Shown here: piece by piece, positions 9,584 to 18,398 of the stretch | Layout of the letters: every line of letters starts with the position of its first letter | Position numbering within the stretch: position 1 is the stretch's first letter | DNA from: Clostridia bacterium | GTDB taxonomy: Bacteria > Bacillota > Clostridia > Oscillospirales > CAG-272 | Direction: 5' to 3' | DNA: 45,334 nucleotides | Assembly (NCBI GenBank): GCA_017619885.1 | Contig: JAFZRM010000213.1 | Coordinates: 1 to 45,334 of the forward strand | Made by a program: the position numbers and the translations under genes | The notes under the pieces: generated by a model | Database searches by the model: none | Seen by the model: only the letters and a program-made list of their open reading frames with translations | Told to the model about the DNA's origin: nothing

Positions 9584-10579
9584 TCAACCCGTGAGATTCG
9601 TTATTATCCTGTACGCGCAGTAGAGGTAGAACAGCGCCGCGCCGGTGCTGATGAAATAGACCGTGCGGATCCTCGTGCCCGGCAAAAGCTCCAGCGGCGC
9701 CGGTTCGAAGCGCACGCGCCGAACCTGCTTCACGAGCATCACTATCCCGGCGGCGACGAGCCCGGCCGTGGCGGTCAGATACGCGAAGATCGCGATCAGC
9801 GGCAACAACGCCGTGAAGTCGTGCTGCTCGAATATACGGCTGAGCGTGTCGGCGTTGTACAGCGACAGCACCCACGGCGCTATGACGCCGCCGATGAAGT
9901 TAAGCGCCATATGCATCGCAATCGTGTATATCACTTTGCCCGATTTAACGTAAACGTACGCTAAAACGAGCCCCACGCCCGCGGCGTAGCACAGCTGCGT
10001 CACGTTGCCGTGAAACAGCCCGAACGCGACGGCGGAGAACAGTATCGCGTTGCCCTCGCCGTAGACCGCGACGCGGTCGATGAGCACCTTGCGGAACAGC
10101 AGCTCCTCGAATATCGGCGCGGCGATCACCGTTATGACGATGCGCAGCGGGCTCGGATCCGAGATAAGATCCTGCACCGGGTTCACCATCCTGCCGCCCG
10201 ACAGTATGAACGAGAGGATGTTGCCGATAAGACTCCCGGCGTACATGACCGGGAAGCAGATCAGAAACAGGCGGAAGAACTGCGCGGCGCCGAGCCGTTT
10301 CTTCACAGGCGCATTTTTCGGTATGAAGCGCAGCACTATGATGCCGGCGGGGATCGCCATACAGTACATGACGACGAACTGTATGACCCATTTTAGCCAG
10401 CCGGCGTCGGACAGCGACGGATAAGCGTTCGTCAACACGCCTTTCATCCAGCCCATTAAGAACGATCCGAGAAGGATAGCCGCGCCGCAGATGAACAGAG
10501 CGAACCACGCCGTCGAAAATACGCGTTTCGCGGAGGCGTCGACCGGGGGCTTAGTTTTTTTGATTTGTCCGTCTACCAT
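9584..10579 (-). CDS. CPBP-family intramembrane metalloprotease (CAAX protease-like)
   Basis: Polytopic membrane protein with EELLFRKVL, FGLFHG and HMALN motifs. Its ATG overlaps the upstream gene's stop (ATGGTAG). Confidence 0.8.
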   Translation of the reverse strand: MVDGQIKKTKPPVDASAKRVFSTAWFALFICGAAILLGSFLMGWMKGVLTNAYPSLSDAGWLKWVIQFVVMYCMAIPAGIIVLRFIPKNAPVKKRLGAAQFFRLFLICFPVMYAGSLIGNILSFILSGGRMVNPVQDLISDPSPLRIVITVIAAPIFEELLFRKVLIDRVAVYGEGNAILFSAVAFGLFHGNVTQLCYAAGVGLVLAYVYVKSGKVIYTIAMHMALNFIGGVIAPWVLSLYNADTLSRIFEQHDFTALLPLIAIFAYLTATAGLVAAGIVMLVKQVRRVRFEPAPLELLPGTRIRTVYFISTGAALFYLYCAYRIITNLTG

Positions 10580-12474
10580 AGATCTATTCTCTTTGTGTAA
10601 TCGACGTTATCGGGCACTCTTGCGTTCTCGCGGAAAAACGTGATGCGGTATTTCTTCATCAACTCGTGAAGCTCCTGCAGTTTTTCCGGTGAGGACGTTT
10701 TCGACCATTTGGTGTAAAGCTGCGCTGCTTTTACCTGCATTGACGAGCGCAGGACGTTGTCCTTGAGATCGTCGTCCGCCGCCTCGTACGCTTTGCTCCA
10801 CAGCTCTTCCATTTCGGTGAGGAACTTCGTAAGCTCTGACTGCCGCTTCGCGCCTTTGAAGACGAAAGCCTTCGTTATCGGGTCGTATATGCCCATGTGG
10901 CCGTCCTTAGCCTTCTCCGTCGTTCTGTCTATATATTCTCTGATATATCTCCAGCCGGCGCCGTAATAGCCTTTCAGAAAATCATCCATGTGTTCGTAAT
11001 ACTGTTCGCGCGTCATGTCGGGATCCCACATCATCTTCGCCAAAAGATACGCCCGCAGCTCTCCGAACTCGCCGGAAACGGACTGGCCGTTGCCCTGCTC
11101 GAAAAGCCCGATCACGTTGTGATCGACGAAGAAACGGATGTTGTCGTAAAGCACGCCGAGATTGGGGAACGGATTCAGATAATACATGAAATCCGTTGTG
11201 TAATCCCAGATGAAAAGGTTGTCGCAGATCTTCGACCACGCCTCTATGTCCTCGCAGAAGGCCTTGTTCGCCGCGCAGTCCGGGTCGTCGAGCGGATGCG
11301 TGAAGCAGCATTCGATCGAGCAGAGGCGGATTATCACGTTGTCCGCGGGCTTCAGCGTTTTGGGCGCCTTGCGCGTGTATCTGTACGCGAGCGTGTCGAC
11401 GTAAACGTCCGGAAATTCGTCCTTTATATCGTTCGCGATCCTGTTGACGAACGTCAGAAGCGATCCCATCGGCGTGCCCTGCTCGTCGTCGAGTCTGCGG
11501 CAGTTTTCGCACTGGCAGCCGCGGCCGTCGGCGTACGAGTCGTTCTGCGAGACCGAGATGATCTTCGCGTCGGGATTGTCGCGAAGCAGCTTCCTGACGT
11601 TTCCGAGCACCTTTTCGTATACCGCGGGATCGGTCAGACACGGCTGATCGTTCGGCGCCGTGGACGTGCCCGCGAGAGAGGGAAGTGAATGAACGAAAGG
11701 ACCGGCGTATTTAATGTCTGTTCCGTAACCGGAGGACACCATGTTGCGGTTGACGCCGCCGTTGATCTTGATCTTGGACGCGAACGAAGGCGATGCCGCG
11801 TCGTACCAGTAAACGTCGCGGTTAATCAGCTTCGGAGAAAACGTCCGGCAGATATCAGCCGGGACCTCCGAGCATTCAATATACTTATAGTATTTGCATT
11901 TCGACGAAAGAAAACGACAGCCGGCGTAGTCCTCGAGGAACGTATATACGCCGTACATCGTGCCGGTCGGCGTTTTGCCCGTGATGTAGAGTCTGCCGCC
12001 GTCGTAGATTATCGCGTATCCGTCGTTTACGAGCTTTTCACGCTCCGCCCTGACGAGCTCGGTGTCGCGGTCGGTCTCGCCGATACAGATCTCGTGCTCG
12101 CTTTTCACGTCGCCGCCGCGCTTAAGCTCAAGCTCCGTCGCGTATTCGATATAGCGCAGAAAATCGTTGTAGGCGTTGCCGACGGTGCGGTCGGAGCCGG
12201 ATTTTATCACGGTGAACTCGCTTATGTCGACGCCGGCGATCTTTATGCTTTTGACGTGCGGGCCGTCCCATTCCGGATCCTCCTCCGGCACGGGCTCCGT
12301 ATCTTGCTCCGTCGCCTCATCCGAGGCGGCATCCGTCACGGCGTCCGTGATCTCTGCCGTGATGATTCCGGTCGTCTCTTCATCCGTCTGCTGCGGCTCG
12401 CCGCCGCAGCCGTAAATGAATACGGCGGCAGCGGCGGTAAGTATGCATAATAATGATCTTAAAGTCTTTTTCAT
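10573..12474 (-). CDS. DUF4838-like secreted lipoprotein (GH20-related fold, carbohydrate-active)
   Basis: ORF-track frame trimmed to ATG 12474, giving MKKTLRSLLCILTAAAAVFIYGCGG (signal peptide plus lipobox). The 101-aa upstream extension overlaps pyk out of frame. An acidic linker is followed by a large conserved body. Ends in TAG at 10575..10573. Confidence 0.55.
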   Translation of the reverse strand: MKKTLRSLLCILTAAAAVFIYGCGGEPQQTDEETTGIITAEITDAVTDAASDEATEQDTEPVPEEDPEWDGPHVKSIKIAGVDISEFTVIKSGSDRTVGNAYNDFLRYIEYATELELKRGGDVKSEHEICIGETDRDTELVRAEREKLVNDGYAIIYDGGRLYITGKTPTGTMYGVYTFLEDYAGCRFLSSKCKYYKYIECSEVPADICRTFSPKLINRDVYWYDAASPSFASKIKINGGVNRNMVSSGYGTDIKYAGPFVHSLPSLAGTSTAPNDQPCLTDPAVYEKVLGNVRKLLRDNPDAKIISVSQNDSYADGRGCQCENCRRLDDEQGTPMGSLLTFVNRIANDIKDEFPDVYVDTLAYRYTRKAPKTLKPADNVIIRLCSIECCFTHPLDDPDCAANKAFCEDIEAWSKICDNLFIWDYTTDFMYYLNPFPNLGVLYDNIRFFVDHNVIGLFEQGNGQSVSGEFGELRAYLLAKMMWDPDMTREQYYEHMDDFLKGYYGAGWRYIREYIDRTTEKAKDGHMGIYDPITKAFVFKGAKRQSELTKFLTEMEELWSKAYEAADDDLKDNVLRSSMQVKAAQLYTKWSKTSSPEKLQELHELMKKYRITFFRENARVPDNVDYTKRIDLW

Positions 12475-12479
12475 CGGCG

Positions 12480-13904
12480 TTATCTTATCGTTTCGAATTT
12501 GAGCGTGCTCGTCGTGCCCGGTCTGCCGTTCGCCACGCCGCCGGTGAGGACGACGAAGTCTCCGGGCTGCGCGAGCCCGAGCCGCTTCGCGCTCTGTACG
12601 GCGTTGTAGAACATGACGTCGGTCGACTGGAACTCCTCGGTCATCACCGGAAGCACCGCCCACGACAGCGCGAGCTTGCGCCAAGTCTTCTCGTTCGAGG
12701 ACGCGGTCAGCGCCAGTATCGGCTTCGGCGCGCGGAAGCGCGAGACGAATCTCGCCGTGGCGCCGGACTGCGTGCATACGACGATGAGCTTCGCGTCAAG
12801 GTCGATCGACAGCGCGCACGCTGAGTGCGAGATCGCGTCGAGCTCGTTCTTGATCTTGAATTTCGACACGCGGAAGCGCTCGGCGTAATCTATGTCTTCC
12901 TCGGCGGCAAGCGCGATCTTCGCCATCGCCCGCACTGCCTCTACCGGGTATTTGCCGGCGGCGGTCTCGCCGGAGAGCATTATCGCGCTGGTGCCGTCGT
13001 ATACGGCGTTGGCAACGTCGGATATCTCCGCTCTCGTCGGGCGCGGCTTGCTTATCATCGACTCGAGCATCTCGGTCGCCGTGATTACGCGCTTGCCTCT
13101 GTAGCGGCACGTCGTTATCATCGACTTCTGTATCGCCGGGAGCTGTTCGAACGGTATCTCGACGCCCATGTCGCCGCGTGCGACCATTATGCCGTCGCTC
13201 GCGTCGATTATCTCCTCTATGTTGTCGACGCCCGAACGGTTTTCGATCTTGGCGATAAGGTCTATGTCGTCGCCGCCGTGCTCGTGCATGAACCGGCGTA
13301 TCTCGTTAATGTTGTCGGCGCTCGACACGAACGAGCAGGCGACGAAATCGACGTCGTTCTCGATGCCGAAGAGAAGGTCTTCGCGGTCCTTCTGCGACAT
13401 ATAGACCTGATGAAGCACCTTGTTCGGGAACGCCATGCTCTTTCTGTTGCTTATAACGCCGCCGTAAGTGATGACGGTCACGACGTCGGTGTCGGTCGTC
13501 TCCGTCACCTCGCACGCCACGAGCCCGTTGTTCAGCAGCACGGTGTCGCCCGGTTTGAGCTCTTTCGCGAGGTTCTTGTACGATACGGACACGCGGGTCT
13601 GATCGCCTTCGACGTCGAGCGTCGTGAATACGAATCTGTCGCCGTCGCGAAGCGTCACGGGCTCGTCGTTCCTGAACGTGCCTATGCGGTATTCCGGGCC
13701 CTTCGTGTCGAGCATTATCGCCACGGGCAGACCGAGACGCTCCCTGACACGCTTTACCGCGTCCATCTGTTTTCTGTGGCTTTCGTGCGTGCCGTGCGAG
13801 AAGTTGAAGCGCGCCACGTCCATACCCGCGAGGATCATTTTCTCGATGGTCTCTTCATCCTCGCACGCCGGTCCCATCGTGCAGATTATCTTTGTTTTTT
13901 TCAT
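12480..13904 (-). CDS. pyk: Pyruvate kinase
   Basis: MKKTKIICTMGPA..., ARFNFSHG and MVARGDMGVEIP motifs; 474 aa. Confidence 0.95.
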   Translation of the reverse strand: MKKTKIICTMGPACEDEETIEKMILAGMDVARFNFSHGTHESHRKQMDAVKRVRERLGLPVAIMLDTKGPEYRIGTFRNDEPVTLRDGDRFVFTTLDVEGDQTRVSVSYKNLAKELKPGDTVLLNNGLVACEVTETTDTDVVTVITYGGVISNRKSMAFPNKVLHQVYMSQKDREDLLFGIENDVDFVACSFVSSADNINEIRRFMHEHGGDDIDLIAKIENRSGVDNIEEIIDASDGIMVARGDMGVEIPFEQLPAIQKSMITTCRYRGKRVITATEMLESMISKPRPTRAEISDVANAVYDGTSAIMLSGETAAGKYPVEAVRAMAKIALAAEEDIDYAERFRVSKFKIKNELDAISHSACALSIDLDAKLIVVCTQSGATARFVSRFRAPKPILALTASSNEKTWRKLALSWAVLPVMTEEFQSTDVMFYNAVQSAKRLGLAQPGDFVVLTGGVANGRPGTTSTLKFETIR

Positions 13905-13917
13905 ATCAGCCTCCGGA

Positions 13918-14517
13918 TCACAGAACGGCTTTTATAGCCGCCAGAAGATCGTCGTATTTATCGTATGCGGGAAGCTCCGGGTGATCGGCCTTTATCTGCG
14001 CCGTGCTGCGGAACAGGAAGCCCGCCTTGCTCGCCTGTATCATGCCGAGGTCGTTGTAGCTGTCGCCCGCCGCTATCGTCTCGAAGCCTACGGACTGCAG
14101 AGCCTTGACCGTCGCGTATTTGGACTTCGCGACTCTCATTTTATACCCGGTTATCTCGCCGCTGTCGGACGCTTCAAGCGTGTTGCAGAATATCGTCGGT
14201 CTGCCGAGCTTTTTCATGAGCGGGTCGGCGAACTGCGTGAACGTGTCGGACAGGATCAGCACCTGCGTTATTTCGCGCAGCGAATCGAGAAATTTGCGCG
14301 CGCCGGGCATCGGCTTGATCTTTTCTATCGTTTCCTTTATCTGGGTGAGCCCGAGCCCGTGCTCCTTCAGTATCGCTATACGGTATTTCATCAGCTTGTC
14401 GTAATCGGGCTCGTCGCGCGTCGTGCGCGAAAGCTCCGGTATCCCGCTCGCCTTTGAAAACTCTATCCATATCTCAGGCACAAGAACGCCCTCGAGGTCA
14501 AGACATACTACGTTCAT
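13918..14517 (-). CDS. thrH: Phosphoserine phosphatase/homoserine phosphotransferase, ThrH family (HAD)
   Basis: MNVVCLDLEGVLVPEIWIEF..., ILSDTF and AAGDSYND closely track ThrH. RBS AAGGAGA lies upstream. Confidence 0.85.
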   Translation of the reverse strand: MNVVCLDLEGVLVPEIWIEFSKASGIPELSRTTRDEPDYDKLMKYRIAILKEHGLGLTQIKETIEKIKPMPGARKFLDSLREITQVLILSDTFTQFADPLMKKLGRPTIFCNTLEASDSGEITGYKMRVAKSKYATVKALQSVGFETIAAGDSYNDLGMIQASKAGFLFRSTAQIKADHPELPAYDKYDDLLAAIKAVL

Positions 14518-14549
14518 AACATCGTTCTCCTTGTATTTTGCTTATCTTC

Positions 14550-14578
14550 AGTATATCACGGCAAAATGATAATGTCAA
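14550..14578 (-). promoter_or_regulatory. Sigma-A-type promoter of the thrH-pyk-(DUF4838-CPBP) unit
   Basis: The minus strand reads TTGACA (14578..14573), a 17-nt spacer, then TATACT (14555..14550). Confidence 0.65.
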
Positions 14579-14629
14579 CAGTATTTAAATACAAAACGGT
14601 AAAAAAAGAAAGACGCGGGCTCCTTCGCC

Positions 14630-14658
14630 TTGACAAACGCCGCCGTATGGGGTATAAT
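14630..14658 (+). promoter_or_regulatory. Sigma-A-type promoter of the discoidin lipoprotein gene
   Basis: TTGACA (14630..14635), a 17-nt spacer, then TATAAT (14653..14658). RBS AAAGGAG follows at 14676..14682. Confidence 0.7.
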
Positions 14659-14690
14659 GGATACAGCTCTGTAAGAAAGGAGTCTCTTAA

Positions 14691-17000
14691 GTGAAAAACA
14701 GGATATTGAAACGCGTGACGGTCTTTGCCGCGCTGCTCGCCGCGCTGATTCTCGGCTGCGTTGCATGCACTTCGGGCGACGCGGACACACAGACCTTAAC
14801 GGAGCCGGAGACGACGGCGCCCGCCCCGGACACAGCGCCGGAGACGGAGCCGGACGAGCAGCCCGACGTGTTCCCGGAGGGGGACAACATAGAGATAGGC
14901 ATATTCTACGAGCCTCCGCACGATTTCACAACGCCGGAGCAGTACGACTGGATCCGCGACGCGAATATAACGTTCATCGAAGTGACGAACGGCAGCGGGG
15001 CGATAAACAAAGAGGTCAGCAACGAGCAGATAAGGCTCGCGAAGGAACGCGGCATAAAGATCACGTACAACGCCGGAGTCGACGGCAAAAACCTGCTCGC
15101 TATGACGGAAGACGAGATCACCGGGTACGTGAAAGAACTGGCGAAGGACCCGACGATCACGTCGATGCACGTGAAGGACGAACCGGCCCAGCCGTGGACG
15201 TACGCGAAAGTCTGCGCCGCGGTGAAGAGGGGCGGTCTGATGCCGAGGCTCAATTTCCTGCCGTATTTCGCGACGTGGATATTCGACGATTACAAGGGCT
15301 TCATCGAGGATACGATCGTCGCCGCGGGCAAGGAGGATTACGGTTATCTCAGCTACGACCATTATCCGTACCCGTATGACGGCGGCGATCCGGACACGAT
15401 GTTTCACAATCTCGAAATAATCAGACAGATCGGTCTGAAATACGACGTGCCGACGGCGTGCTACATCCAGTCGATCGGAGAACATAACAACTTCCGCCGC
15501 ACCAACGGCAACGAGATAAGATATCAGACATCGACCTGTCTCGCTTACGGCGTCAAATCCATGACGTATTTCACGTGGTGGACGACCGGCTTCTGCGATC
15601 CCGCGGATTACGCGATAATCTCGCCGTACGGCGACAAGACCGACATCTACGACGACGTCGCGCAGATAAACGCCGATATACTCAGGGTCGGCACGCTGCT
15701 GCGCAGGCTCGACGCGGTAAAGGTCTATCATACGAAGGGCACGGAGCAGAGCGTAACGCGCTGCACGAGCGACGACGTCCCCTTCTACGGAAAAAACGCG
15801 TTAATCATCTCGCTCATGGAGGACCGGGAGACCGGGCGCGACTACGTCATGCTCGTGAACAAGCATTATAAGAAAGGGGTCACCTGCGAATTCACCGTGT
15901 CCGACAGGATAACGCAGCTGTTCGACTGCACGGAAGGCAGCTACGATCCCGTGGATATATCGACCGGCAGTTTCACCGCGACGTTCAAGCCGGGAGGCTT
16001 CAGGATATACGCCGTCGGCAAAAAGGACAATATAGTCGTCCGGGAATACGACGCCGGCGAAAACATAGCGCAGGACAAGGCGGTCGCCGCGGCGGCGGTA
16101 TATCCCGGAGCGGGCTTTTACACGTACTGCGTAAACGACGGCGTGCGCGTCGGCTCCTCCGGAGAATCATACGGCTACCGCAGCGAGGCCGACACCGGAT
16201 ATCTCGAGGTCGATCTCGGCAGAGTCACGGCGTTCGACCGCGTGGATATCTACCCGACCGGGACGAATTATACGAGAGGGCAGATGTTCCCGCGCGACTT
16301 CAGAATAGAAGTTTCATCGGACGGCAAAACGTATGAAACTCTGGTCGAGCGCAAAGAATACGACGACGCGCTTCACGCGATCCCGTCGTTCACGTTCGAC
16401 CGCACCGAGGGCAGATACGTCCGGCTGACGGTCCTGCGCGGGTGCGAACAGGGCGGATTCGAGATCGGCGAGATCGAGATTTATAACGGAGGATCCGTCC
16501 CGGCGCCCGACAACGGCGCGTTCTACACCGACCCCACCGCCGTTGAAAAGGGGACGAACGTGGCGTTGGGCAAGGCTGTCAGAGTCAGGACGGAGCTTGG
16601 CGGAGCGTGGCGCAAGGAGAATCTGACGGACGGCGACAGAGAGACGAATTACAGCTCCGCGCTGAATCAGCATGAAACGGAGGACGGCGAGGAGTGGATC
16701 CTGATCGACCTTGCCGCGCCGCTCGAATTCAACGAAGTCGACGTGTACCCGCGCGGCGACGGTCAGAATTTCCCGTATAAATTCAGGATCGAGATATCAG
16801 ACGACGGAAAAAACTTCACGAGCGTATACGAGTGCGACGTGCCGGAGCTGCCGGCAAACCGCAAGCCGTCGCTTTGCGCGCTCGATAAAACGTACAAATC
16901 GAGATACGTCCGCGTGTTCGCGTATAAGCTCCGCGATCAGGAGGGCTTCAACGACGGACATATCTTCCAGGCGTCGGAAGTCGAGATATACAACAAGTGA
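14691..17000 (+). CDS. Secreted lipoprotein: glycosidase-like N-terminal domain plus two F5/8 type C (discoidin) domains
   Basis: GTG start. Signal and lipobox MKNRILKRVTVFAALLAALILGC. Two C-terminal repeats carry the pattern D(I/V)YP.G....P..FRIE(V/I)S.DGK.(Y/F), typical of discoidin/CBM32-like domains. Confidence 0.6.
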   Translation: MKNRILKRVTVFAALLAALILGCVACTSGDADTQTLTEPETTAPAPDTAPETEPDEQPDVFPEGDNIEIGIFYEPPHDFTTPEQYDWIRDANITFIEVTNGSGAINKEVSNEQIRLAKERGIKITYNAGVDGKNLLAMTEDEITGYVKELAKDPTITSMHVKDEPAQPWTYAKVCAAVKRGGLMPRLNFLPYFATWIFDDYKGFIEDTIVAAGKEDYGYLSYDHYPYPYDGGDPDTMFHNLEIIRQIGLKYDVPTACYIQSIGEHNNFRRTNGNEIRYQTSTCLAYGVKSMTYFTWWTTGFCDPADYAIISPYGDKTDIYDDVAQINADILRVGTLLRRLDAVKVYHTKGTEQSVTRCTSDDVPFYGKNALIISLMEDRETGRDYVMLVNKHYKKGVTCEFTVSDRITQLFDCTEGSYDPVDISTGSFTATFKPGGFRIYAVGKKDNIVVREYDAGENIAQDKAVAAAAVYPGAGFYTYCVNDGVRVGSSGESYGYRSEADTGYLEVDLGRVTAFDRVDIYPTGTNYTRGQMFPRDFRIEVSSDGKTYETLVERKEYDDALHAIPSFTFDRTEGRYVRLTVLRGCEQGGFEIGEIEIYNGGSVPAPDNGAFYTDPTAVEKGTNVALGKAVRVRTELGGAWRKENLTDGDRETNYSSALNQHETEDGEEWILIDLAAPLEFNEVDVYPRGDGQNFPYKFRIEISDDGKNFTSVYECDVPELPANRKPSLCALDKTYKSRYVRVFAYKLRDQEGFNDGHIFQASEVEIYNK

Positions 17001-17001
17001 A

Positions 17002-17210
17002 AGCTAAATTCGCCTTCGGCGAGCTAAATTCGGCTGCGCCGAGCTAAATTGAGCTTCGCTCAGCTAAATTCGCCTTCGGCGAGCTAAATTGACCTTCGGT
17101 CAGCTAAATTGAGCTTCGCTCAGCTAAATTCGCCTTCGGCGAGCTAAATTGACCTTCTGTCAGCTAAATTCGGCTGCGCCGAGCTAAATTCGCCTTCGGC
17201 GAGCTGAATT
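17002..17210. repeat. Tandem array of about 10.5 copies of a 20-bp unit: AGCTAAATT plus an 11-nt mini-palindrome
   Basis: Read directly from the sequence. Units start at 17002, 17022 and so on up to 17182, with a degenerate AGCTGAATT at 17202. The palindromes are CGCCTTCGGCG, CGGCTGCGCCG, GAGCTTCGCTC and GACCTTCGGTC (one copy reads GACCTTCTGTC). Confidence 0.95.
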
Positions 17211-17243
17211 TAACTGCGAGCGTATGAGAGCAATTTAGATGAT

Positions 17244-17294
17244 AAAAAAAGCCCGCTTTGACGAACTCCGGGATTGGAAGCCGTCAAAGCGGGT
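17244..17294 (-). terminator. Intrinsic terminator (GH43 gene; probably also stops the convergent + strand gene)
   Basis: 12-bp stem CCCGCTTTGACG/CGTCAAAGCGGG (17252..17293) around an 18-nt loop. The A7 run at 17244..17250 gives a T7 tail on the minus strand. Confidence 0.6.
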
Positions 17295-17302
17295 ACGTTA
17301 TT

Positions 17303-18364
17303 TCAATCAAAATCCTCTATACGCCATTCGTCGCGCCAGTCGATGACGACGCGCTCTCCCTCGAAGCGGAGCGGCAGCCAAACGTAATCGGCGAGCGCCG
17401 TGCGCTCTTTCGGCAGCGATCTCATTATCTCCGACGCCTCCGCGCGCTCTGCCGCGGTGCTGTCGTCGCGGAATAGCAGATCGAATGCGCGCTCGTATTT
17501 TTCGTACGGCACGTGCATCGCGTTCGGCATCCAGCGGTCGGCGCAGGCGATATACAGATCCTTTTTGCCGGGAACCTTGAACACGCTCGAAATCTGACTG
17601 TGAAACGACGTGCGGCTCGTGTCCGACGGGTGCGGGTCGCCGAGCACGGTGTAAGGACCGTGCCAGGTGTCGGCGACGGCGGCCTCCGACGGGTTCGGCA
17701 TATAGCCCGTCGTGCCCGACGTTATCAGATAATGCTTTCCGCCGCGGACGAAATGCGCCGTCGCCTCGCGTACGTACGGCGGATGACTGCGCGGGAAATG
17801 CGTCGAATAATAGCCGGTGACGTCCGTGTAATCAGGAGTCAGATCGGCGCAGATCGTCTCGGAATGCACGCGCTCGAAGTAGTAATACGCCTTGCCGTCG
17901 GGCGCGACGGCGAGATCGAAATCCCCGGCGCTCATGCCGAGCGGATAAAGCCGCTCGCGCACGATCGTGTAAGGCCCGGTGAAGACGTCCGCGGTCAGCA
18001 CCGTTTCGCTCTGCGTGCCGTCCTTTTCCATGATCTTGAGCCAGCAGACGAACTTTTTCGTTTTTTTGTTGTATATGATATGCGGGCGGTCCATCATCGA
18101 CGACGGATGTATGCTGCTGAGCTCGTTTTCCGTGTCGGGCGGTATGATCAGTCCGAGATCGTCCCAGTTGTACAGATCGGCCGATCTGTACGCGCGGACG
18201 CCCCAGTGCCACACGTTTTTGGCCGGGTCGGTGAACTGCTTGTTCTCCCCGTACCAGTAATAGTATCCGTCAAGATACGTGACTGAGCCGCCGTGCGCCT
18301 GTATGCGCTCGCCCTTCGTGTCGAGCCATACCTGCCCGGGTCTTATACTGCGGTATCGCTGCAT
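17303..18364 (-). CDS. Glycoside hydrolase family 43-like protein
   Basis: 353 aa. The five-bladed-propeller GH43-like N-terminus (WLDTKGERIQAHGGSV..YYWYGE) has no signal peptide. RBS AGGAGA lies upstream. Confidence 0.6.
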   Translation of the reverse strand: MQRYRSIRPGQVWLDTKGERIQAHGGSVTYLDGYYYWYGENKQFTDPAKNVWHWGVRAYRSADLYNWDDLGLIIPPDTENELSSIHPSSMMDRPHIIYNKKTKKFVCWLKIMEKDGTQSETVLTADVFTGPYTIVRERLYPLGMSAGDFDLAVAPDGKAYYYFERVHSETICADLTPDYTDVTGYYSTHFPRSHPPYVREATAHFVRGGKHYLITSGTTGYMPNPSEAAVADTWHGPYTVLGDPHPSDTSRTSFHSQISSVFKVPGKKDLYIACADRWMPNAMHVPYEKYERAFDLLFRDDSTAAERAEASEIMRSLPKERTALADYVWLPLRFEGERVVIDWRDEWRIEDFD

Positions 18365-18398
18365 ATGCTTCTCCTGATGCGCGCCGACGGCGCTTTTT

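Noticed and set aside
12475-12777. N-terminal extensions offered by the ORF track: 10573..12777 here, and also 2005..2193, 9351..9368, 20014..20076, 26255..26371, 28584..28694 and 32095..32154.
   Set aside because: The extensions overlap upstream genes out of frame or run into promoter boxes. They also encode arginine-rich nonsense. Internal starts give proper signal peptides or conserved N-termini with an RBS.
17002-17210. The 20-bp tandem array considered as a CRISPR array or as a coding repeat.
   Set aside because: The constant part is only 9 nt and the variable parts only 11 nt, drawn from just four palindromic types. No cas genes are present. Stop codons occur in all six frames within every 60 nt.
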